From assembly GCF_902652985.1 (NCBI RefSeq), contig NC_047016.1:29202001-29266000 (forward strand): DNA of 64,000 bases, read 5' to 3'. Shown here piece by piece: positions 54,240-64,000 of the stretch. The notes below the pieces were generated by a model, which saw only the letters and a list, made by a program, of their open reading frames with translations, was not told where the DNA came from and searched no databases. The stretch's first letter is position 1. Every line of letters begins with the position of its first letter. The stretch is from Pecten maximus. Taxonomy: Eukaryota. The position numbers and the translations under genes are program-made.

Positions 54240-54623
54240 CTCCCTATTATTGCCCTGCAGGTAGGGCGTAAGAATTGAACCTGGTACTCCAATTTCAGTG
54301 ATCGTAAGAGGCGACTAAATTTGGGATCCGATATTTTCTCTTTAATTCTTCCTTATACCTCCCTTGACACTGCTTCAGTTTTGGTCTTTAGTTAAGTATC
54401 TGGCCTGAAGGTCCAGGGCTCTGTCCTCTGGCCGAGGGTACAGAGTCTTTTAAATTTGCTATTTTCTACTCATGCTTAGCGCTCAGCCTTTTGAAAGTGG
54501 GACGACTGATTCGCCTGCTGTCAGCAAAATATGACCGGACAAGTGGTTCTGCGGTTGTCCTCTGCAATATGTCACTGAGTTAGCACTATAAAGGTTCGTT
54601 CAGCCTTCAAAAACACACACACA
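54240..54623 (+). mobile_element. Degenerate composite SINE-like retroposon (mollusc type; Meta/MESC-like central domain)
   Basis: 5' hairpin GCCCTGCAGGTAGGGC, motif CGTAAGAGGCGACTAAA (54303-19), central CTTAGCGCTCAGC...GTGGGACGACTGATTCGCCTGCTGTCAG...ATGACCGG...AGCACTATAAA, and an (AC)n tail. Resembles bivalve SINE sequences as I recall them; not database-verified. Confidence 0.6.
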
Positions 54624-55783
54624 GTTCAGTAAATAGTACTTACACACATGAAGTAGCTGTTTACAGGTCATTACGCTATACCAAAGAAAAAACTTACTAT
54701 TATCCCGTAATACCTTGATTTAGATATGATATTACCGGAAGGAAGTTTGTGTTATTGCGTTCAGGTCATGATATTTCAGTAGGATTACAAAATAATCTTC
54801 ATATGATAGTTGTTAAGATATTACACCAGAAATAAGCAAGCAAGCAAACCAGACAAATACACGGACAAGTAATTAAAACTCCAATTTAACAGCATATCTT
54901 TGATTTATTGGAAGTTATATCGCAGATAGGCCTGTGTAACCTGACAACCTGAATGGAAACAAATGCGATGATATATGACCTCTGTAATTACCCCACTCTA
55001 TCATTTATGTGTACTGAAATGTTTTTATGCTGTTATTATACGTCTACATTGTACATAACCATATATAAATGTTTTAAAGTGTTAAATTTACAACAAAATT
55101 TACTTTTTGAAAAAAATAGTATTTTTGATAAGTAAAGGCAATATACTGATGTACTTAGTCTAAAACATGATTAAGACGATCATGGAAATAAGTTTGAGAT
55201 AATGACATCATTATTAATTATGCTGTCCGCAACCTCTACCACGAGATATGACGAGGTGACGCTAACAAGCCTACAGGACACCATCGGAGTGACACAGTAC
55301 CAGAAATTACGTTGTTATGATGAAACATACATATTGTAATGCCTTGAATAATGATCTCAGGAGAAGAAATTGAAAATGAAAACTTTACAATCAGCATACA
55401 TGTACTGCATTTATAATGAAAATTCACAAATTATTTACCTCCGGCAAAGGGCGCGTGTCAGCTTCCAGCGACGGCCGTAAAAAATGTCACCGTTCCCGAC
55501 ACCGTTACATGTATTAGACATGCCACGAGGTTCCTGAGTCCGACAGGTATTAGACTTGTCAGCTTACCTTGCTACAACTTAACGAGTTTTTTTGTTTTTT
55601 TTTTCTATTTGTAGACTTTATTTAATACACTGTTGCAATATAATACTTTCAGAGAGAAAAAATGAAAATCTAACAATTTTCCAATCGGTTTATGTGAATA
55701 TAAATATAAGATACATGTATAACTATTATAAAGAAGCATATGCAATGACACTATTAAGGTGGTGTCGAGCTCGGGAGAGAGGC

Positions 55784-55801
55784 CACGTGCTAGTTCACGT
55801 G
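55784..55801. promoter_or_regulatory. Tandem canonical E-boxes with 6-bp spacer (CLOCK/BMAL1 E1-E2-type)
   Basis: CACGTG (55784-89) CTAGTT CACGTG (55796-801). Confidence 0.5.
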
Positions 55802-56569
55802 GTAAATTAATTAGAGAGTATGTTGGACAGGTCATTTTGGCCATTACACACCCATAGCAAAGGACAATGTGTAGTCTGGCACAGCATACTTATACCGTAC
55901 CTGTAATACACGGCTATCTGGTCGTACTTCGGAAGTGGATAAACGAGTCTCATAAAGTTCAAAGTCGGTAAACATCGATAGGGTAATGATTTAGACAGAC
56001 TGAGCAAATATTTCGCTTTCTTGATTTGTTTTTACTAAAACAATGCGTATTAGAAATTGAAATATACATATTATATAGCATGATAGCATACCTTCAGGTG
56101 AATAATAATTCAGTGTGCTTACAGCCCATTATACAGGTCGGTTTGACCACTTCTATTTGAGGTATAGGACATTACAGACTTATCGACCGCTATTTCCTTC
56201 TTCTATTTATAGGACAGCTATAAATCGAGACATTTATCTTAGGGATAAACGGGCATTCCCCTCACTTTTTCTGTTCTGACAGACTAGATGAGACTAACCT
56301 CCGTCTGGACGACAGGTCATTTTAAACATCAAATGCCCCCGAAAAATACACATTCTGTATCTTTTACATTGTTTTGCAGAAAAAGACCATGATTATTCTC
56401 ATCAGAGTAGAGGGAAAAGGTAACTCAAAAAAGGTAATTAATTTTGAGATCGACAAATTCGTCAACTCTTTTATTACAATAAAATAATCTTCCTTTATCA
56501 TGGTTTGTCATTGTAATGATGGTATACATAGTAAGCAGTAGGGTCCGTCTCCACCACGACACCTATGTA

Positions 56570-56741
56570 TATATGTTATCGGTACAGTTCTATTTCAGAA
56601 TATCAATATTTTATATTTTATCATGGTCAGATGATTTATCCCGATATTAAACTATGTTTTAAACTTTGTAAATATATACTTGTACAATGTAATTGTGATA
56701 TATGACACTCAAATAAACAAAATTGATTGATTGAATGATTG
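56570..56741 (+). mobile_element. 5'-truncated LINE 3' tail (CR1/L2-like) between 22-bp direct repeats
   Basis: AT-rich segment ending AATAAACAAAATTGATTGATTGAATGATTG; flanked by TCTCCACC(A/C)CGACACCTATGTA at 56548-69 and 56757-78. Confidence 0.4.
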
Positions 56742-59207
56742 TAAACAACTTCAACATCTCCACCCCGACACCTATGTAAACAGGATCTTACAGAGCGTAC
56801 TCCATGGTTCTTCCAGGACTGTTCCGATAAACAATTCCATCAAATTAACCCTTAAAACTACGAGCATAATTTAATATTAAACAGAGAAGAAACAATACAA
56901 CATCGCTCTCCGAACAAGCTCGTGTAAAATAGGGTTCCTGTTTATCCCAGTTTCCGATTAAGGGACGTACGGACAGAAGCAGACTTTCCGGTGGCGGGAG
57001 TTCGGAATAAGGGACCTTCCGACAAGTGGAGGTTCAAACTTCCAGAACATATATACATGCTACATTTATAGCAATATTCCTTTTTCGGGAACTCCCATTA
57101 AAACGACATGCATACAACCTACAGAGATTTTTGTTTTAGTGTGTGTACGAGTATTTCGACAGCGTTTCATCCTTTGTTTTCACTGTTAATTGTCAAAAAT
57201 CCTGTCACCTGTCATGTTTTCTAATCACGAAAAAAAAAAAAAAAAACCTTAGACAACAACAACAGGATTTTCATTTCTATCACGATGTTAATTGTTGATC
57301 GCGTACATCCGGTTCAGAGTTGTAATGACAGAAGTCACGTGATTCCGGTAATATTTGCTCTGTGTGGTTTTTCTGGGGAGGGGGAGAACTGGTAGTCATT
57401 GTCAAGGATTGAGGTCAAGCGTGATGTGTCTGACGTATCTGATCACGTTATAAGTATGTATGTGGTCAGTTTACACACATGATGATTAAAAGCAAATATC
57501 CTACATGTAAAAAGTTTACATCTTGGGATATCGCGAAGGGATCAACATAACAGTTATTTCTACTAAATTTTGCTGCGTTGTTATAAACGGACTTCCGAAG
57601 AAATATGAAAGAAATTACTCATGTCGACATGTGCTTAAAAACCATTTCATAAGTATGTCTTTGGTTAATGTTGATGTAGATTTATGCAGTATTGTGTGCC
57701 AATGCGTTGCAGTGTCCAAATATGTCACAACTATCTGTTAAAACTAGTTTTTAGATTAACTTTAACAAGCTATACAAGTTACGGCGTCCCAATTTGTTAC
57801 AAATGTACGCTGGCACGTACTTGAAATTCAACATCCTTTCAAGTAAGTGCCAATTTGTTACAAAGTAATTGTAGCATGTATAATACAAATATATACGTGA
57901 AATAGTTTGTGCCAGTTTGTTAAAAAATAGATGTAACATATTTGCAGGCTACTACTGTAATGTATGTCCAAGGTTGTAACAAAGGTCGTTGTAACAAATC
58001 AGGACGTTGTAGAAATTGACACGCTACAATGTAGACCATGCGGTGGTTTAACGGTCAACACCATACTCTCACCTGGGAGTGTGCTCTTCCCTTGTTTGGT
58101 ATATAACATTAAATGTGGTCGATGACCGTTGTTTTGCCTGGTTGTACCAATGTTACTTCCCTGGAGTTTATTCTGATGACCTGATAATTCTTTTATTTGA
58201 TATCTGGTCTGATTCTCCGTCTTTTACTGTATCAACTGTCTCCTTGAAAATATCAATTATGCACATAGTTTGCCTCCTTTCTATCAATGTTTTGTTAAAA
58301 GTTTGTTATCGTTTACAAGCCGGTATTGTCTTGCCATGCTTGACAATTCGGCAGATAAACTGTTCCCTGTATCATAATCGTGGCACACATAATGATGAAT
58401 TCCGTCAATCCAGAAACAAAGGATCGCTCATGCATCGCTGTAATCATTTGTGAAAAAAAATTATATTAAATACGAAATAATGAATATGTCCGGATTATAG
58501 GGTACGCTTGAAAATTAAACCACATAATACAAGAGATACGTGGAGTTACCACGAAGAAAGGAAAACTTTACTTTCGCGATGTTAATATTGTTTGTCATAT
58601 AGTAGCTGTGCGGTAGCCATTATATTGTATATTCGTGGTAATTGTAAGGAAATTCTTGTAATTAAAAAACATGTATTATTGATAGAACAATATGATATGA
58701 GAGTTTCTAATCGGGAATAGCGTATTTGATTCTATATGGGAAATTTCAAATATTTGTCAGTTCATTGATCTTGGTTTCGGCCCCAAGAAAGCTTGGACCT
58801 GGGGTATATTCAACGAGTAGAGGTTGCCGAATGTCTTTATAACTTTTATGCTCAGACGTCGATTATAAAACGGTAAACTCAAAGCGGACAGCATATTCTA
58901 GCTGTTTCCCATCGAATCGCTAATAACTTAACTTAAATGGTACTATTAAGGAAACTTTATTTACTATTATAGCCTTTTGTTTTATCAGGTTTTACCCTGT
59001 TTTGGTAGTTTTCAAGCATTTTGATAAACTACAATTTTTGCGATGAAGGGTTATTGCAAAACAAATAAAATAGGTAAAAAGAACATTCTCTCAGTACTCC
59101 GTTGTCGTAATATTTCGACGTCTCTGATGCTGTTTCCGTTGATAACCTGAATAACGCACTCCTTTGGGACCTCTGTTCCACTGGCTTTGTCAGACGCAGG
59201 AAGACAC

Positions 59208-59216
59208 TATATAAAA
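59208..59216 (+). promoter_or_regulatory. Candidate TATA box
   Basis: TATATAAAA inside a locally GC-richer island (59160-59390). Confidence 0.3.
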
Positions 59217-59596
59217 CTCAATGCAGACCCCTTGAGGTCCTGTCCATAAACACACCTGTCACTTTGCCCTCGCGGATCAGCAAGCGATTATTATACCTAT
59301 GTAGATGTGGCTACTGGAATGTAGAGGCTCCTCCGGACGAGTATTATACTCCTCTTGTGATACCTTGAACGAGGAATCAACCACGGTAGAGTGAAGTATT
59401 TTGTTGTTTCATTTAACATTAAAATGCTATGCAGCATTATCTAAGTGCTTTGTAAAGCTTAATTGAATGATATTTCGCCCAGGATATAGCTCAATGTCTT
59501 TCTGTTGCCTGGGTAATAAGATGAATATGCTTTTTGATACACACTAATTCAGGTGCGGTGCTCTCCTACGAACTGTTGCTATCAAAGCTGATGTAG

Positions 59597-59609
59597 AGGT
59601 CACAGGTCA
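59597..59609 (+). promoter_or_regulatory. Perfect DR1 nuclear-receptor element
   Basis: AGGTCA-C-AGGTCA. Confidence 0.45.
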
Positions 59610-62600
59610 TGCGATGTCAGAGCGGGCCATGTCCGATGTCAGTCTCAGTCCTGTTTCTCTTAATGCACATCAAAGTTTTGTCATCACGAGTTTAAGAAGG
59701 GAGAGAGATATGGCAATAGTCTCATATAATCACATCATACTTTTATGGAGTCGAAATGGGTCTAAGTTTTGAAAATATATTGTAATTACCCTTTTCTGTA
59801 TGATAGCGAAATCACATCACTGCAGTTTGCTTGATATTACCATTGTATCGATTTGTTACAGGATCATGATTGTAACAGAAAAAAACAGTCAGGGTTTATC
59901 GGTTTATCTATCTATTGGAACAATGGTAATAAACGAATGCGTATAATCTTAGCTAATGAATGCCCTTGACGAAAAATTGTATTAAATATATGTTTTTTTC
60001 ATAAATTATTTTGTGTTCCTTAATTTGATTATACTTTAAGCATAATTATCTAAATTTGTATATTACAACTGTCACAAGTGCGAATGATAGCACACCTTTG
60101 CGACTCGGCTTTGGTTTTAAGACGTTTTCTGCTGGTCAGCAATTTGGCTAAACTCTAACTGATAACCATGATACGGACAAACTGCTCGCTGAAACACGTG
60201 TTATTTGGTTACATCATGCTGTATCAACCCGACAAGAAAAACTCCTGTTTTATATTCATCCCAGGTCTTGTTTTCTTTGTTTTGTGGTTGTAATTTGCAT
60301 ATATTTTGGCCTATGGATGTACACCGGCGAGAGCAGCTGGTGTACCTCAACACACACTCTCGACAGTTGTGGATAGCGACAGCTTGGTGTCAGGTACGAA
60401 GCTACAACACGTGCATGCTTATTGTAACGTCAACCATGTCAAAAGTAGTCATATGAATTCTATCGTTCATGGAGTGTAAACAAGTGTAGGTGTTTATGGT
60501 TGTTAAATCTAAAAACATCACAAATAGCACGACAACATTTGAAAATGTAATAAAATTACATGTATATGTAAATCTGAACATTGGTATTTATTCAAGTTAT
60601 TTTATCGATCTCTAAATCCATAAATATATGGATGATATAGCTTATCCTTGTTAACAACTAAACAAGTTCTTACACACAGATAGTCGGAGGAATATCAGAG
60701 ATCTTTAGTTCCCCGATGTTAATCGTAGCCTGCTTGTACCGTTTAAATCATTCGAAAAACAACACTGTTCAGAAACAACACAGGTACTTGATATCCTTTT
60801 GAATATTGAAATTTTTCATTGAAAATAATCAACGTTATTGAATTATGGCTTTTTGGCGCCTCCCGTCCAGATTTGATATTTCTTTTGATATATTTTGTGT
60901 TTTGATTTCGTTCGCCTACTATCATCAACAATAGGCCCTTAACATCAATGACTTTTCCCAGCAAAGACAAAACTGCTTTATCATACAGTATAATTCTGTT
61001 TGTCCTTCTCTATCTCTCAATTTGTTTGGATGGATTCTACTACATTGTGTGTCTTGTGTACATTATGTGAAGAGACAAAAGACCGAAAGATATACACAAA
61101 AAGTAAGTATGGATACGCCAATGATACAAACTGAATATATCGGTAGCACTGTATCGCCAACGATGGTACGTCTGAAAATGATCTTCAGATATGAATTTGG
61201 TAATAGATACATCATAGGCCGAAAGTTGTTTATTGTGAGAATATCTTGCTGTTGATAAACTAACCATGTGTACCTACGTAAGATCCATATAATGTCGTGA
61301 TCTCAACGAGAGAACCGAGGCTGTTGCAGCGAAACCGTATTGTTGATAATTAAAAAAGGTAGTTTATTAAGATAAGCAAATTTATTTTCTTTTACGGCTA
61401 TGTTATTTTGGATATTTAAGAAGGATAAAAATCACCATTTTCTTCTGACCATGACACCAAGTAGCGACTCGGAGTGCTGATAGTAATTCAAGCGTTATGC
61501 ATTATCCGAGACACACAACAAATCGTTATTCGCTGTACCGGTAAGTTAAGTATACCATAATTAGCACTGTGGTAACTACTCGTCATTAACGAGTTTATTT
61601 ACACTGCCCAGACATTCTAAATGTAGCGCTACTTATCACAACGCTTCGTCTACAACCACACGTTCGAGTAAAAGGCATTTGTAGCCACGATTTTGAAACT
61701 GTTTCTATTCGGACATCCTATTACATTGCCCTAGTGAGTTTTTTTAAGTCGTGCGAAGATTTTTTTTTTCATCACCATTAAATTCGTTTAATTTTTCGTG
61801 GTTTTACGTTAAATAAAATGAGCAAAACATGATGAAGAAGATGTGTGCTTCGTGAATGTAATTTTCTTAAGTTCTCTTTACTTATATTATTCTACTATCT
61901 TTTTCTTTTCGATATCGTTCCATCCTACAAAATACCTCAAGTAAAACTCACTTACAATAACACCCTTCACAATATCCGGCATGGAGTGTGAATAACTTCG
62001 ATCAGTCCAATGACATATCCTGGGATCTTACTATCTTTAGTATTATAGGTATGTGATGGTTCAGAAGAAATTCGTGCAATTTACTGATATATGTATTTTT
62101 TTGCAAGTTTATTTAGATATATCCTACTGTGTTTTATTTGATAGTTGTTTTTAAAGTTAATGCTTTCTAACGTTAATCACCAAAACCAATTTTAACGGGT
62201 TTGCTCTCGCAAATGGAAATTGCACAAAGAATATTAAAATCTTATTTGATCTTCAAAAATAAATTTTATGGGCATTATTATAAAAAGGTGGTCTGTACAC
62301 TTGATTGTGATAATTTATTTATTTATCGGAGAAAATGGATTTTAAAATTACCTGTGTGAGTGAATTGGAATTCGTGACATCGCGTTAGAGAGAGCAGACA
62401 TACAGCAGGCATTCTGATGATATCGGCAAGTGTTGGGATGTCAAAACTAATTTAGCTTTTAAACATGATTATGCAATCAAGAGGTTGCTAATTTTAATTG
62501 TCTCAGAGGCATTAATATGACGAAAACAGTAATGTGAACATATATAACCCACACAAGTATGACCTTTTAAAATCCGTTTGCCGCAGGCATGCCAAAATGT

Positions 62601-63690
62601 CTTTTACAGGTATTAAAATGTCATGATAATATACATGTATACGAAGCAGGTTTTACGGGAATTTGTATTACCTTTGGCTCGTATTCAAATTTACGACTAC
62701 ATTTGTTTAAATAAACGATTGTTATTCCATATCTTTACATGTAAAATCAGTTAAAGTGACTATATATAGTTTTCTTTATAATCATATAGGATATCACATT
62801 ACGAAGATGGAGCTCGATATTCCTTAAAAACAACAAAGCAAAAATCAGGAGTACACGTTCTTTATTAATAATCAGCATATATGTTATTAAGAAATTGGCA
62901 TTAAAGGCTATTGCAAGTTAATCTCCAATTTTGACTATAACGGGCTTGTGCAATCCTATTTATTCTATTGTAAATGAATTGTCTTTTCAAGCCGAAGCGT
63001 GAGGATAAAACACACACGGACACCATGTTGCTTGGAATCCGTTTGTATTAATGCATGCCATCTTTGAACGTTTGAAAATATGTATACCCCTTGTGCATAC
63101 GCTTAATATTTTCTTCAAACATCTATGCAAGTTTTTATTCAGATGTGAACGATAAATTATCAAATTTCTGTAATACATGTATGATACAAAGAACGCTTTT
63201 GTAGCTCTCAATTAATAAACAAATGTTTGTGTTGTTTGGATTTGGCTTTGGCTTTATTCCTCTACGGCATATAAAATACCACAATCTGCTCATAGCAAAA
63301 CATTGAATACGTTCACATTATTACGAGACACAAATAATGCCACCTTAATTCAAAATCGTTCGATGACTACGAAGTACTATTTTCCCTGCACGATAATAGA
63401 ATTTGGATCAGAAGTAACTAACAACATAGTAATATGATTCCATATAAAGATAACATAATTTACTCTTCAGATATGTCTAGATGGTATTACACCCCTGATA
63501 TTGCAATGTCTATATACAGAAACATATGTCAAACATCTTTAAAATAATTAAGATAACGTTTATGTTGGTGACAAACATATGGGTTACCATAATTATTCCT
63601 ACACTATATAACTTAACATCATCACAAGAGTCATGTTCATGTGAAAATGTTATCAGAAAGTGAAATGCGATGACACCCCTACGGGTTATG

Positions 63691-64000
63691 ACAATGTGGT
63701 TGAGGACAAGTTAGTGTAATTGTTGTACATCAACGAGTTACTATAATGGTACATTAAGGGGTAGCTACAATGTGGTCGGGGACAAGTTAGTGTTATTGTA
63801 CATCAACGAGTTACTATAATGGTACATTAAGGGGTAGCTACAATGTGGTCGGGGACAAGTTAGTGTTATTGTACATCAACGAGTTACTATAATGGTACAT
63901 TAAGGGGTAGCTACAATGTGGTCGGGGACAAGTTAGTGTTATTGTACATCAACGAGTTACTACAATGGTACATTAAGGGGTAACTACAATGTGATTGGGG
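63691..64000. repeat. 73-bp tandem repeat, more than 4 copies, truncated by the window end
   Basis: Unit starts at 63691 (76-bp variant), 63767, 63840, 63913 and 63986; internal units nearly identical. Confidence 0.96.

Overview
AT-rich (roughly 35% GC by eye) animal genomic DNA that is almost entirely non-coding. It has no long ORF, no recognisable protein domain, and no rRNA, tRNA, CRISPR or prokaryotic operon structure. The longer ORFs in the supplied track mostly come from reading through tandem repeats. The repeat content suggests a mollusc, probably a bivalve (inference): a composite SINE-like element at ~54.2-54.6 kb, a CACGAGTG hairpin element at ~18 kb, and many TACATGTA octamers. 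The window reads as a large intergenic or intronic regulatory region. Directly visible structure: (i) a 30-bp satellite of ~25 copies; (ii) a compound minisatellite of 32-, 30/29- and 30-bp sub-arrays sharing an ATGACATTC-type core, with an inverted degenerate ~40-bp relative upstream; (iii) a 73-bp array built from ~24-bp submonomers that runs off the window end; (iv) a palindromic MITE, SINE/LINE remnants and microsatellites. The most interesting signal is a concentration of intact transcription-factor elements: a CLOCK/BMAL1-type double E-box with a 6-bp spacer, at least 18 CACGTG boxes, four full CREs, perfect nuclear-receptor DR5 and DR1 elements, and ROR/Rev-erb elements. There are also several candidate promoters and short first exons. 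Together these suggest, by inference only, the control region of a clock- or nuclear-receptor-regulated gene whose main coding exons lie outside the window. I cannot support a new protein-coding system from this sequence.
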